Positions 18,445 through 29,409 of a stretch of 64,000 bases of DNA are shown one piece after another; within the stretch, counting starts at the first letter, position 1; each line of letters opens with the position of its first letter. Both the position numbers and the translations under genes were made by a program. Source of the DNA: an uncultured Fidelibacterota bacterium (GTDB taxonomy: Bacteria; Fidelibacterota; Marinisomatia; Marinisomatales; UBA1611); the NCBI GenBank assembly GCA_913040915.1, contig CAJWHW010000005.1, positions 14,663 through 78,662 on the forward strand, read 5' to 3'. Below the pieces are notes generated by a model, which saw only the letters and a program-made list of their open reading frames with translations, ran no database searches and was not told where the DNA came from.

Positions 18445-19086
18445 TTACTTTGTCGATACAATTAAGACATCAACAGTGATATCATCATAAATCAATTTAT
18501 CACCTAAATTTTCAAAAAACTTCCCAGAGCGAAATCTCACATCATAAAGTGAACGGTTAAATATGACTTGAGCATTGGCAGTCAGCTTACCATCTGAATC
18601 TTTTATTTTTGATATGAAGGATATCGGGTGAGTAATATCTTTAATAGTTAATTGGCCATCAAATTTTAATTGTTCACTTGAAAACTTTTTTTCATCCCCC
18701 TGAAATTTTAAATAAGCATTAGGGTATTGGTTTACATCAAAAAAGTCAGGGCTTTTTAAGTGACCATCTAATTTCTGCTTTCCCCTACCCGTAAGATCAG
18801 TAGTATTTATAGTTGACATATCTATTTCAATATCACCACTAATCATTCCATTATCATTTATTGCTATTCTACCACTTTTAATGTTAATGGTCCCATAATG
18901 TTCTTTGGTAGATACTTCTTTTCCAGTCCAGATTAATTTTGATTCTACGACATTCACAATATAATCTCCGGTACTTAATGGAAAGTGTTTCACAGATTCG
19001 GGTGCTGCTTTATTATCTTTTTTCTGGCCACAGCCATTAATTATGAAAGATGAAATTGTTAATAACAGTAATAATTTTTTCTTCAT
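18445..19086 (-). CDS. YceI-family lipoprotein (polyisoprenoid/lipid-binding)
   Basis: Lipobox IINGC, S...W.G, H.GTI, IDM.TI, LDGHLKSPDFFDV..YP.A, GQLTIKDIT. Confidence 0.9.
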   Translation of the reverse strand: MKKKLLLLLTISSFIINGCGQKKDNKAAPESVKHFPLSTGDYIVNVVESKLIWTGKEVSTKEHYGTINIKSGRIAINDNGMISGDIEIDMSTINTTDLTGRGKQKLDGHLKSPDFFDVNQYPNAYLKFQGDEKKFSSEQLKFDGQLTIKDITHPISFISKIKDSDGKLTANAQVIFNRSLYDVRFRSGKFFENLGDKLIYDDITVDVLIVSTK

Positions 19087-19115
19087 TTTAGGTTTCTCTT
19101 AATTAGTATTTTTAG

Positions 19116-19430
19116 TTAAAAAAATTTATAAAGATTGGTCATTCTGTTGCAAGGGTGTTCACTAAGAATTGTCACCTTATCATTATAATTTCCAAGCCAC
19201 TCCCAATCAATTTCGTTCCAATACTCTGACCCTGTATATCCTTCTGTCTAATAATCTCTATATGTAAAAAATGAGCTTACCACTCCGTCACCAGCAGCAG
19301 ATTCCATTCTCACTTCATATCTACCATATAAATAACTATTTAATGTTCTTAGTTCTCCTCCACTATAAGGTTTTTGACTTAAACATATATTAATAAATAA
19401 AAGTATGATAATTAAAAATCTAGAAAGCAT
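19116..19430 (-). pseudogene. Truncated GH16 (lichenase-like) glucanase pseudogene
   Basis: Signal peptide, then KPYSGGELRT...YGRYEVRM...GVVSSFFTY; TAG at 19248-19250; the frame continues to catalytic WNEIDWEWLG, then similarity is lost near 19173. Confidence 0.8.
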
Positions 19431-19434
19431 GATC

Positions 19435-20412
19435 TTATTTTTTCTTAAACATACGTACATAATCAATTAAATATTTACTTGGGAATATAGAATTATCAAT
19501 CCCTTGTTGACCACCCCAGTCTCCACCAATTGCAAGATTGATAATTATAAAGAAAGGGTGGTCATATGGCCACTTTTCATAATCCATATTTTCATCTTTA
19601 CTATATTCAAAATATTGTTGATCATTAAAATAGCCTTTGATTTTTGTTGAATCCCAATCAACCGCGTAAGTATTATATTTGTTTTCAATTTCTTGAGAGT
19701 AATAAACACCTTGTTGTTCTGTACCAGATAAGTCACCCCAAAGATTGTTATTATGAAGACTAAAATATATGTGATTTGGATCGTACCCAACGTGTTCCAT
19801 AATATCAATTTCGCCACATTTTGGCCAACCAACTAAATCAATATTCCGACTCAACATCCAAATCGCTGGCCAAGTTCCTATGCCGGATGGTAATTTTGCT
19901 CGAATTTCAATATAACCATACTGAATTTCTAATTTATCTCTTGTATTAACTCTACCAGAATAATAGTTAGGGTCATCAGGGTTGAAAGGATTTTCCTTTT
20001 TTGCTTTAATATTCAAATTTCCATCACTTAGATATACATTTTCTGAACTTTTAGTATATGATTGAGCTTCATTATTTACTACTCCTGCAGACATTACTTC
20101 TATATTCCAATAGTCAAGGTTTAAAGAATTTCCATTAAACTCATCATTCCAATAATAATCGTATCCTTGAGGAATATCATCATCGCTAATACAATTCCCA
20201 TCATCAATTGTAGCTTTGGAATCATAGTTTCCGGCTGATGAATCAGTACATCCGAAATAATCACAATCCCCGTCATCAATTGAAGCTAATGAATCATAGT
20301 TTATTGCTAATGAATCGGTACACCCAATCAATGGTTGATCTTTTTTCAGGTTTTCAGGATCTTCACAAGAAAAAAAGAATATTGGTAATAATGTGAAAAG
20401 AAAATTAATCAT
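19435..20412 (-). CDS. GH16 laminarinase-type lipoprotein with two GCTD Cys repeats
   Basis: Lipobox FFSC, GCTD..A.NYD..A..DDG.C x2, WNDEF, NNE.Q.Y, WPAIWML, GEIDIME, NLAIGGDWGG, DYVR. Confidence 0.9.
   Translation of the reverse strand: MINFLFTLLPIFFFSCEDPENLKKDQPLIGCTDSLAINYDSLASIDDGDCDYFGCTDSSAGNYDSKATIDDGNCISDDDIPQGYDYYWNDEFNGNSLNLDYWNIEVMSAGVVNNEAQSYTKSSENVYLSDGNLNIKAKKENPFNPDDPNYYSGRVNTRDKLEIQYGYIEIRAKLPSGIGTWPAIWMLSRNIDLVGWPKCGEIDIMEHVGYDPNHIYFSLHNNNLWGDLSGTEQQGVYYSQEIENKYNTYAVDWDSTKIKGYFNDQQYFEYSKDENMDYEKWPYDHPFFIIINLAIGGDWGGQQGIDNSIFPSKYLIDYVRMFKKK
20191..20325 (-). repeat. Two tandem 24-aa GCTD..A.NY...A..DDG.C repeats (coding)
   Basis: GCTDSLAINYDSLASIDDGDC / GCTDSSAGNYDSKATIDDGNC; a third copy GCMDPNACNYNSDATVDDESC at about 31149-31212. 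Confidence 0.85.
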
Positions 20413-21895
20413 GAGATGTCATTTTTGATCCATAATCTAATAGGTGGTCATCTGTCAAAATTGGAAAAGGTGGCTCTAGAGAATGATATGCTTGATTTGA
20501 ATACATCGCAATTAAATCAATAGATGATAAGTGTATTGTTTCAAATTTTCCTGTGTTTATCTTAATCTTTTTTGAATATTTAACTTGAAGCGAGTCTATT
20601 TTATTAATCAATGAAGGATTAGGTAATTTATTTTCGGTCGTGTTTAAATCAATCTGCAGTCCCCCAGTATAATTCTCTTTAATGATTACGGCCTTAACAT
20701 AATCATGCCATTTCTGTGTTGTTTGTATAACATTGGCATCTTCATCAATCCCTAATTCATATCCTCTCTGGGTGATATGCATATCACGAATAAGATCTAC
20801 AATCGCTAGCTTTAATTCGTTTGTGAATTGATTTGGAATAATATTTTTTTTTCGAAAAACAAGAGGATGTTTTTTTATTAAAGCCATTAATTCATTAAGA
20901 GTCCAATATTTTCCATCATGATATAAAATATTATCATTTCCCATCTCATCGATTTGATTTAAAAATGTAAATTCCATTTTATTATCTAATTCCCAAATAT
21001 GGTTTTGAATTATATTTTCCTTTTTAGAACGTTCAATCATATAAACTTTAGCTACTTTTTCTGCGAAATTCTTATAATTAATTGTATTAAATATTATGTT
21101 TTTACCTCGCATTATATCAGAAACATACTCTGAATATTTATTTTTTGCTTTTTCATCAAGCATATCATTTTTCACTGATTCCCTAATTTCCTGCTTTTGT
21201 TTCTCTGTAATATTTACACGTTTAGTCCAACCCATAATCTCTAAATAAAAAACTGTAGAATCAGGTAACTTATAAGGTCCGTAGATTTTATTTAATTCTG
21301 GACCTAGTACATACAGAAGTTCTTTAACTTGATTTATCATTGGGTCGTTGAAAGTCAAGGTTTTATTGGTAAGTTTTTCTTCTATACCTAATAAATAGGC
21401 TGTCTCTCTTAAAGTATTTTCACCTGCAAAAGTCTCAAGGCTTTTTAGATCTCTTTCTTTACAAAGTATGAATTCTAATTCATATGTCCTGTTTCTTAAC
21501 TCGATACGATTCAAAAGGCTTTTTTTATTTATTTTAACATGATCATAACCATATTTCTTCAACATGGCATGCCTCATTGCCTGCTCCTTTTGGCCTATAA
21601 TGAAATATTTTTGGGTATCATTTATTTTCAAATCGGACCGATCAAATTCAAGAGCCAATAGCTTTTCAGCAATAAGAGAATTCAAAGCTATTTTTTTATG
21701 AACGTAATTGTCTCCTATACAATAGATCGGTCTCAAAGAATATTCACATCTCTTCAAAAAATCATTGACAGTAATAACTTTATCTTCAATTTTTGCTAAG
21801 ATTATTTCAGAATCAAGATTTACTTTAGGAGATTTATTGCATGAGATGTAGATTAAAAATAATAGACTATTAAATATATATAATTTTCTAATCAT
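20405..21895 (-). CDS. Hypothetical lipoprotein, PrsA/SurA-like chaperone scaffold
   Basis: Lipobox YISC; ILAKIEDKVITVNDF and LNSLIAEKLLA resemble SurA/PrsA N-domains; no clear intact PPIase motif. Confidence 0.55.
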   Translation of the reverse strand: MIRKLYIFNSLLFLIYISCNKSPKVNLDSEIILAKIEDKVITVNDFLKRCEYSLRPIYCIGDNYVHKKIALNSLIAEKLLALEFDRSDLKINDTQKYFIIGQKEQAMRHAMLKKYGYDHVKINKKSLLNRIELRNRTYELEFILCKERDLKSLETFAGENTLRETAYLLGIEEKLTNKTLTFNDPMINQVKELLYVLGPELNKIYGPYKLPDSTVFYLEIMGWTKRVNITEKQKQEIRESVKNDMLDEKAKNKYSEYVSDIMRGKNIIFNTINYKNFAEKVAKVYMIERSKKENIIQNHIWELDNKMEFTFLNQIDEMGNDNILYHDGKYWTLNELMALIKKHPLVFRKKNIIPNQFTNELKLAIVDLIRDMHITQRGYELGIDEDANVIQTTQKWHDYVKAVIIKENYTGGLQIDLNTTENKLPNPSLINKIDSLQVKYSKKIKINTGKFETIHLSSIDLIAMYSNQAYHSLEPPFPILTDDHLLDYGSKMTSHD

Positions 21896-21915
21896 CCAAT
21901 AAAATAGGTTGATAA

Positions 21916-22992
21916 TTAAAATAAATTAAAACGAATCGTTATCAGGGAAACATCACCTAAAAGGCCTACGGACTGATAAGAGTAATCAATTCCAACATTT
22001 TGATTATTAACAAATTTTCTATCAAAACCAACGCCATACGTTATTGTTGAAAAAGGTAATTCATAATCAAATATGGATTGATTTTCATTTGCTTGTGTAA
22101 TCCCTAAACCTTTTACGCCAGCTCTAAGGTGGAATGTATTTCCTCCCCCGATTGTATAACTGTATTGTAACCCTGAATTAATTGATTCACTATTATTATT
22201 TGGGTGCAAAACATCAACTGACATTATAAGAGATTGGTTATTTTTCGCAATCGGTTTAATTGAAGCACCTAATCTAAATATGAGTGGGAGCTCCCAAGAT
22301 TCTGTTCTGAATTGACCTATAACATTATCATAATTACCATTCTCATTTTCAAGTATATCTATAGGATTGATCAAATCGATACCATCATACTTCATTTTTG
22401 TACCGTAGTTTGATATACTCATACCAATTCTTATTCCATCATTTCTATTCTTTGTTCTAGAAAAATAATTGGTTTTAATAATTACTCCTATATCAACAGC
22501 GTTAGCTCTTGCTGATGAATGCCAAATATTAGAATTAATCATCTTTAAGGATACCCCAAAAGAGAACCAATTAACTAAACTCCTAGCATAGGCGATTGCT
22601 GCTGCTAATTCATTTGCCGAGTAATACTCTCCTGTACCATTTTGGTTTTGTACATTTGTCACTTCTATAGAACCATAATCAAAATCAGTAAACCAAGCAC
22701 TTATAACACCATAATTACCCATATTGAATGCTCCTGCTGTAGAAAAATGTTTTATGCCTGCAACCCAATTTTGAGATGAAATACCTATTTCTAATCCATT
22801 TACATTTGCCAAACCCGCAGGATTCCAATAAGCAGATATTGCATCTTCCGCTAAGCTGACATATGCTTCTCCCATTGCGACAGCATTACTGCTGATCCCA
22901 ATTTCTAAAAAATTTGCAGATGTCGTCCCATATCTATATTGTGAATAAATTATATTTCCAAGGAGAATAATAAAAACAAATATATTTTTCAT
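21916..22992 (-). CDS. PorV/PorQ-family (UPF0164) outer-membrane beta-barrel
   Basis: A.FLEIG...AVAMGEAY, AYWNPAGLA, A.DIG, IGMSISNYG, LP..FRLG, LRAG, terminal aromatic barrel strand. Confidence 0.85.
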   Translation of the reverse strand: MKNIFVFIILLGNIIYSQYRYGTTSANFLEIGISSNAVAMGEAYVSLAEDAISAYWNPAGLANVNGLEIGISSQNWVAGIKHFSTAGAFNMGNYGVISAWFTDFDYGSIEVTNVQNQNGTGEYYSANELAAAIAYARSLVNWFSFGVSLKMINSNIWHSSARANAVDIGVIIKTNYFSRTKNRNDGIRIGMSISNYGTKMKYDGIDLINPIDILENENGNYDNVIGQFRTESWELPLIFRLGASIKPIAKNNQSLIMSVDVLHPNNNSESINSGLQYSYTIGGGNTFHLRAGVKGLGITQANENQSIFDYELPFSTITYGVGFDRKFVNNQNVGIDYSYQSVGLLGDVSLITIRFNLF

Positions 22993-25900
22993 TTTATTAT
23001 TGCAAACTTTCCGATTATTTCTTCATTGTTCAGAGTATTATTGGGGTAATTTGGCTTAACGTGAAACAAATACATCCCTGCTGCAACTTCTAAGCCTTCT
23101 TCATTAAGTAGGTCCCAATGCACCATTCCGACGTCAGGTCCTGCATTATTGTTCGAAATAATAGTTTTAACTTTAACTCCACTTGGTGTAAAAATTGTGA
23201 TTTTGCATTCAGATGGTATATTTGTAAACATAATTTTTCTAGGTTGATTCAAATATGGATTGATGACTGCTTCTTCCATTGCATTCGTTCCAACATAAGG
23301 ATTAGGAACAACTCTTACTTTTTTTAAATCATTATTTAAATTATCTACGTTAATTGGTTTTAAAGAATCAATGGCAAACTCAAATGTATCAGTATTCCAA
23401 AAATTTCTATTCCAGCTTATTGCATATCGTGAATCTGTTTTGGGATAATCGATACTATCTATATTGAAGAAATCCATAATAAATAATGTTCCCTGCCAAC
23501 TGTTCATCGAATCAATTTGGCCAACAATTATACGATCATTTTTTAAATCAAATTCTTGATCGAGACTCCAGGATGATCCCTGATAGTCTTGCACAACCAA
23601 ATCCATCAAAGTGTAGTTACCATTATCATCTAAAATGGATTTATTTATCACATAAAAGGGAAAAGACTGATCTAGAATTATCCTATTTGGGAACCACAAC
23701 CGATTGTCAAATTCATCATAAATACCAACCGGACTTCCAACTTGGGATGTATAACTTATATCACTTGTAAAAACAATTTCGCAATCCCATGGTATAAGTT
23801 TTGACTCCCTCGATGATATGGTAATATTAAAATCACCAGAGTTAGTTGTTATCCAACCAGTATTAAGTGTATCTAATTGGGGGATGGTAGAATTTTGACC
23901 AATTTTGAGTTGCAGGCCTTCAAACACATCGGAGAAAACAATGTTATTAAGTGACCATGTCTCTGTTGATTCATTATATAACAAGTTTGTCCCTGAATAA
24001 TTAGTACGACCTGGATTTAATGCATCAATCGGACTTTCTTTATAGACTATTTGTCCTGTAGTTTTATTAAATACAGAATACCCCGGATTAGTAAAATAAA
24101 TTGGTAAACTTTCTTCATTATACGAAGTATCAAAGTCAAAAGTGACCATGTACTTATTTCCAGGTTTTAATTCACTTCGAGATGCAAGGTTAGGTTCGAT
24201 TTTACCCGTCCCAAGAATATTGTTATTTAATGAATCTATACTTATTGTCGGATCAACATAACCAGCAGCATTTGCTCTCGGTGTCACAATTGCAATGTTT
24301 TTTCCAATCCCACGAATGTTGTCAAATTCATCTATATCAATAACAGTGTTATTCTCTGATGGTGCAATTCCCGGGCCAATATCGGGGGCTCCATAATCAT
24401 AGGCAACTATAGCATAATAATAAGTCCTACCATTCTGAACATTATCATCTTTAAAGTAATGCTGGATTCCAGTATTATCACCAAGATTATAAGATGCACC
24501 ATTGACAAGACCATATTCAGTAAAACCACTGTATTCATTAATTATATCACACTGGAATATGGGTTTTAAAAACATGGGCGTACCGTATCCATCAGTGATA
24601 ACTTCAGAATCAGAAAAGTATTTATCTGTTGATCGAAATAATTTATATCCTTCAAAATCATTTACATTACCTAAAAATGGGTCACGCGTTAATTTATCGG
24701 CATCATCATCCCACGTTAGCATTACGAAGCCATCTCCCGCTGAAGCTGTAAGCGTTGGTGTTTTAGGTGGCTGTGCAAACCTATAGTCTTTTTCATATAT
24801 GGTTTGTACTATTTCTTTTAATTTGAATAATGCAGGTGCACTATGGCTTGATGAATTAAGTCCTTCCAATGGGTCATAGGAATGAATCTCAGCCATAGAG
24901 ATCCTTTCAGTTTTTCCTCGAAATAATGGAAAGGGACCTGATGCAAATAGTTCAACTAAATTTGAAATCGTTCCGTAAAACTCCATTAATGAATCAGCAG
25001 ATACTAAATCCCACATAACGTCATCATTACGAAACCATGGGCTACCAGGAGGGGCAGGATGTTGATCAAATATAGGAAAAAGCTGAAAGGATGTTAAACC
25101 AACCATATCAGATTCTGAAACATCTGTAACGGCAAAATTTGGTTCACATCCAATAGATTCAACATAATCTGGTCGATGATTTCCCTCGCCTTCATCAGGT
25201 CCTGTATAGTTGATTTCTAAAGGACCTACACCATCAAGACCAACATCATCACCAGGATTTTCACCTAAATCATATATACCATTTTCATTAATATCTTCTC
25301 CGTCTTGCCAATCCTGGTCTTCATCAGCATCCCAGTGTGGCTTTAGTTCAGCTGGACTTACTTTATAAAATTCTAAAAATTTATTTATATCATCAATACC
25401 ATCGTAAGGACCAACGAATGCATCTGCAATATTATCTCTTTTTTCATCGATGATACCATCATCATCGTTATCAATTCCATCATAGGCCAAGCCAGGACTC
25501 TCTAAATACGCAAATCCCATTATTCCTGGCACAAGCCCCGAGAGACCTATTCCATTTTCATCCCAAGAATAAGAAAGGTCAAGCAAATCATTGAAATAGC
25601 CTATCTCATCAGAGCCATCTCCACCTATTGCATTATCAACCCAATATCCAAAACAAACTTCAGGTAAATCATACTCCGAAATATTTGAAATATTATATTC
25701 CCAGAATATTGCATCTCTTGCCTGTGGATTATTCCATTGAAATCCTCTAGTTTCAACTCTTAGACCTAAACCACCCCACGGGCTTCCCCCTTGTATAGAT
25801 GTATTTTCATCAATTATTTTACTACTATATCTAGGAAAATATTTGACCATATCATCATTACCTAAATACTCTAGATCATGAGCATCATTAACGACAAAAT

Positions 25901-26492
25901 AAGTTTCTAAATCAGCATAAGTTATTCCTCGGCCAAACCGTCCATTCCATTCACCTGGCCAAATAGGTCCTTCAGCTGATGGCCATCCACCATTCGGCCA
26001 TGAATCTGGCAAATTACTTAAAGCTGGATATTCACTATTTTCATTGAAATATCCAAAAACTGGGTAGAAACCCCATTCAACCTGTCCGGTAGGATCTGTG
26101 TCCATTTCTTCCCGGTAGCTGGTTTGCAAGTAATAAAGAGTATGATAATTTTGATTTTGAAGATTAACTAAATTTGTAATTGGTAATGTATCAACTGTTG
26201 TTGAATCAAGATCGTCTTCTATATACACTTTAGCGCCAACAAGAAGACCTACTCCATCAAGCATTTTTGTACCATCTGGATTATTAGGCCATTTTGATAC
26301 GTTTGGCTTAGGCCAACTCGAAAGTTCAGTAGTATTTTGATAATATAGGTATACTCTATTACCATTCATATATCCTTCTCTTTCAGCTTCAATATCCCCT
26401 GCCGGATCATCGGGCCCAGCATAATCAGTACCCTGCCCAAACTGGAATGAATTTAAATAGGTAATTAATATTAAAAGTTTTAAATATTTCAA
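22989..26492 (-). CDS. Large secreted acidic protein of unknown function with T9SS-like C-terminal domain
   Basis: Signal peptide; DGIDNDDDG acidic loops; FEGYKLFRS, NGRTYYYAIVAYD (FN3-like); C-terminal VRVVPNPY...FTNIP...WDL...AAGMYLFHV...GKFAIIK. Confidence 0.7.
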   Translation of the reverse strand: MKYLKLLILITYLNSFQFGQGTDYAGPDDPAGDIEAEREGYMNGNRVYLYYQNTTELSSWPKPNVSKWPNNPDGTKMLDGVGLLVGAKVYIEDDLDSTTVDTLPITNLVNLQNQNYHTLYYLQTSYREEMDTDPTGQVEWGFYPVFGYFNENSEYPALSNLPDSWPNGGWPSAEGPIWPGEWNGRFGRGITYADLETYFVVNDAHDLEYLGNDDMVKYFPRYSSKIIDENTSIQGGSPWGGLGLRVETRGFQWNNPQARDAIFWEYNISNISEYDLPEVCFGYWVDNAIGGDGSDEIGYFNDLLDLSYSWDENGIGLSGLVPGIMGFAYLESPGLAYDGIDNDDDGIIDEKRDNIADAFVGPYDGIDDINKFLEFYKVSPAELKPHWDADEDQDWQDGEDINENGIYDLGENPGDDVGLDGVGPLEINYTGPDEGEGNHRPDYVESIGCEPNFAVTDVSESDMVGLTSFQLFPIFDQHPAPPGSPWFRNDDVMWDLVSADSLMEFYGTISNLVELFASGPFPLFRGKTERISMAEIHSYDPLEGLNSSSHSAPALFKLKEIVQTIYEKDYRFAQPPKTPTLTASAGDGFVMLTWDDDADKLTRDPFLGNVNDFEGYKLFRSTDKYFSDSEVITDGYGTPMFLKPIFQCDIINEYSGFTEYGLVNGASYNLGDNTGIQHYFKDDNVQNGRTYYYAIVAYDYGAPDIGPGIAPSENNTVIDIDEFDNIRGIGKNIAIVTPRANAAGYVDPTISIDSLNNNILGTGKIEPNLASRSELKPGNKYMVTFDFDTSYNEESLPIYFTNPGYSVFNKTTGQIVYKESPIDALNPGRTNYSGTNLLYNESTETWSLNNIVFSDVFEGLQLKIGQNSTIPQLDTLNTGWITTNSGDFNITISSRESKLIPWDCEIVFTSDISYTSQVGSPVGIYDEFDNRLWFPNRIILDQSFPFYVINKSILDDNGNYTLMDLVVQDYQGSSWSLDQEFDLKNDRIIVGQIDSMNSWQGTLFIMDFFNIDSIDYPKTDSRYAISWNRNFWNTDTFEFAIDSLKPINVDNLNNDLKKVRVVPNPYVGTNAMEEAVINPYLNQPRKIMFTNIPSECKITIFTPSGVKVKTIISNNNAGPDVGMVHWDLLNEEGLEVAAGMYLFHVKPNYPNNTLNNEEIIGKFAIIK

Positions 26493-29317
26493 AATGATAT
26501 CGTTAAACCCAGTTTAAATTGGCGAGGACCTGAAAACATGGAAGGATCTTTGTATCTATCATCGTAAGTATTGAAATTACTGCGGTGGCCCATCAGCTCT
26601 GTATTATCCACTACAGCTGTATAGGCCCGACCCGTTTCTGAACTTACACTATACTCATTATAACGATCTGTTAAATTATAAACTAGCAATTCCAGTTTAG
26701 GAGTTAAATTGAATATTGTAGGAAGAAAAATATATCCGGAAATATCAGCATGATAATTAAATGGTTTATAATCATTATTTGGATACAGGTTTAATAAGGC
26801 CAAATTACTTTCATCTTGTGGGCTAAATGTATAAGGAGTGCCGGAGTTGTAATAACCAGTTACAGAAATTCCATATCTTTCAGTGTTATAAGCGATTGTA
26901 ACATTAAAAGTATGTCGCTGGTCCCAACTCATTGGTATAAATCGAATAACCTTATCAATACTGGCGCCCTGTCTATTGAATGTTTGGGCTGGATTATCAG
27001 CATTCCCACGGGTGAACTGATAAGTATAGTTGGTCTGTAAAAATAAATTTTTTCCGCTATAATCTAATTTAAACTCAAGCCCTCTTACATTACCATAGTC
27101 CTTATTTGTATATATCCCATATTCAATTTGATTGTATGTGCTTACAGTTGCTAAGCTCAAAAGCTTATAGATATCTCTGTAATAAAGGTTGACGTCCAGT
27201 CCTAAATTTTTTGTTAATTCCTGCCAAAGTCCAATTTCATAGCTTATTGTTTTTTGTGGATTTAGACCAAGGCTATCTGAACCAAGGTTTGCATTGCCAA
27301 CCGTTGTAGAGTAATCGCTGGGTCCAATTATGGAAGAATGATTTGTGTAAATAGAATACATGGGAGGCATCTGTAAAAAATGTCCATAACTAAAATGAAG
27401 TACTGCAATACCGCCAAGTTCGTAAGCTAAACCAAATCTTGGACTCATTTGGTATGTTATTTTTGAATCTATTGGTACGGACATTTTTGTACCATCAATA
27501 ACTAAATTTCCATCCTGATCCAGCGAATCAGTACCTGATATATTTTCTAAATAATACGTAGATTTATTGGTTGGATTTCTTCTCTGACTTGGGAAAGTAG
27601 TGTTAGCATCAAAAGAATCATAGCGTAGTCCTATATTAATGACTATTTCATCCAATTCAAATTTATCTTGAATATATGCAGAAAATTCTTTCGGCTTTAC
27701 ATTATAAACATCGGCATATATTGTACTATCAGGATAAATAATTGGCCTATAAGATTGAGACTCATATGCAGTTCCACTGTAAGCATTTCTGATAGTATGA
27801 TATTTATTATTTAAAAAATAATCTGTTAGTGAAAATCCCATTTTTATACTGTGCGCATTATTTATCTGCCACGTTAAATCAGTACGTATGTTTTCTGTTA
27901 CAGTTTCTCGTTGCGTGTACCCTTTATCCTGGCCACCTGTAAAAAAACCGGGTCCATAAGTAGTATAATATTTATCATGGACATAATTATAAACCGTATC
28001 CCCTTTAGAATAATTTAAGCCATGGTAGATACCGTTATCAGATGCAATAAAATATGAATCAATATCCTTAAATACATAATTACCATAGTTATTTATGGTT
28101 CTAGAGTACTTGATATCATAAAACATTTTTTGGTTAATTAAATGATTTAATTGAAACATAGATAATACAGAATTAGTTGCTTCATGAGGCCTACCATCTG
28201 GATTATACTTGTAAAGATGGTTATAACTTTGTGATAAACCATTATTTATATTTGTCATAAAAGAAAATTTTATATTTCCATAATTAAATGTTAGTTTACC
28301 CATCAAAGATTCATATTCACCAGTGTTCATGGAGACGAATAAACTATCGCCTGTATTTTCACTAGTCCAGTTAGAAGAATCTTGATCGTAATAATTGCTT
28401 AAATCCCAAGTATTAAATCTCCTTAGACCATTCAAATGTCCATTGATATTTTGGAATCGGTAGTTTATAAAATAATTAACTCTATTTTTGATGATCGGGC
28501 CGCTCATATTTAGTTTAAAATCAGTATTTGAATTCATACCAAAAGGATCAAGACCAATAAATATTTCTTCACCATTTTTTTCATTTTTTGTTAGATAAGA
28601 TGATAAACCTGTATTTATGTTTGCTTCAAATTGATTACTACCATCCTTGGTAACGGCATTTACGACTCCACTCATGGCATTTCCGTATTCTGCATTAAAG
28701 GTACCAGTAATTACTTCCAAGTCCTTGACTGCTTCTACTTCAAGATTTGAAACTGCAGAGACACCGCCAAATGCATCATTAACGGGGACACCATCAATTA
28801 AATAACTGACTTCATCACTTCTTCCACCGCGAAAATGGCCAGCCACTACACCTGCCTGCATGTTTACAACCGCATCCAAGTTTTCTACAGGCAATATTTC
28901 AATTTCATCCGAAGAAATATTTTTAATTGTACCTGTTTGGTCCTTTTTTCTACTGAGTTTTGTGGCATAAATCACAACTTCATTCCCTTCAATCAAGCTC
29001 TGATTCATTTTGACATCTAAAGAAGTTGTTCGATTAACTGACACAATTACATTTTCTATGATAATTGTTTCAAATCCAATCATCATTACTTTTACTGTAT
29101 AGTCACCAGGACTGATATTAATCAGGTTAAAGTAACCATCTTCATCAGCACTAGTACCACTATAATCAGATAGTATGATTATATTTGCTCCTACTAAGGG
29201 AGTGTTATTATCCCTATTGAGGACTCTGCCTGATATTTTTCCTGTTGTCTGCGCGTTGATGCTTATAACAAAAAATAATATTCCAATAATAGCTTTAGCA
29301 ATTATTCTTATTCTCAT
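26489..29317 (-). CDS. TonB-dependent receptor (carboxypeptidase-regulatory-like N-domain, plug, barrel)
   Basis: AQTTGKISG.V, PLVGANI, HFRGGRSDEV.YLIDG, GTFNAEYG.AMSGVVN, SPRFG, FSYGHF.Q.P, YEIG, WDQRH, PRQFKLG..F. Confidence 0.92.
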   Translation of the reverse strand: MRIRIIAKAIIGILFFVISINAQTTGKISGRVLNRDNNTPLVGANIIILSDYSGTSADEDGYFNLINISPGDYTVKVMMIGFETIIIENVIVSVNRTTSLDVKMNQSLIEGNEVVIYATKLSRKKDQTGTIKNISSDEIEILPVENLDAVVNMQAGVVAGHFRGGRSDEVSYLIDGVPVNDAFGGVSAVSNLEVEAVKDLEVITGTFNAEYGNAMSGVVNAVTKDGSNQFEANINTGLSSYLTKNEKNGEEIFIGLDPFGMNSNTDFKLNMSGPIIKNRVNYFINYRFQNINGHLNGLRRFNTWDLSNYYDQDSSNWTSENTGDSLFVSMNTGEYESLMGKLTFNYGNIKFSFMTNINNGLSQSYNHLYKYNPDGRPHEATNSVLSMFQLNHLINQKMFYDIKYSRTINNYGNYVFKDIDSYFIASDNGIYHGLNYSKGDTVYNYVHDKYYTTYGPGFFTGGQDKGYTQRETVTENIRTDLTWQINNAHSIKMGFSLTDYFLNNKYHTIRNAYSGTAYESQSYRPIIYPDSTIYADVYNVKPKEFSAYIQDKFELDEIVINIGLRYDSFDANTTFPSQRRNPTNKSTYYLENISGTDSLDQDGNLVIDGTKMSVPIDSKITYQMSPRFGLAYELGGIAVLHFSYGHFLQMPPMYSIYTNHSSIIGPSDYSTTVGNANLGSDSLGLNPQKTISYEIGLWQELTKNLGLDVNLYYRDIYKLLSLATVSTYNQIEYGIYTNKDYGNVRGLEFKLDYSGKNLFLQTNYTYQFTRGNADNPAQTFNRQGASIDKVIRFIPMSWDQRHTFNVTIAYNTERYGISVTGYYNSGTPYTFSPQDESNLALLNLYPNNDYKPFNYHADISGYIFLPTIFNLTPKLELLVYNLTDRYNEYSVSSETGRAYTAVVDNTELMGHRSNFNTYDDRYKDPSMFSGPRQFKLGLTISF

Positions 29318-29363
29318 CGAACAAATTTTTCATATCAAATAATATACTATATTATAAAAAAAA

Positions 29364-29402
29364 CAAAAAAAAAGGGCAGATTTATTAGCCTGCCCATTTT
29401 TT
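29364..29402 (-). terminator. Hairpin/terminator between the 972-aa gene and the TBDR
   Basis: GGGCAG(10 nt)CTGCCC stem with an A tract before and a T tract after. Confidence 0.65.
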
Positions 29403-29409
29403 CTAGAGT

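Noticed and set aside
19141..19175. Possible IS end at the GH16 breakpoint (TTCTGTTGCAA resembles IS6-family inverted repeats)
   Set aside because: Short match lacking the terminal GG; no partner repeat, target duplication or transposase seen in the window.
19248..19250. TAG read-through or recoding (in-frame TAG in the GH16 and OCD remnants)
   Set aside because: TAG ends intact genes here (e.g. hemW, amn), and both remnants are truncated anyway, so ordinary nonsense mutation is the simpler explanation.
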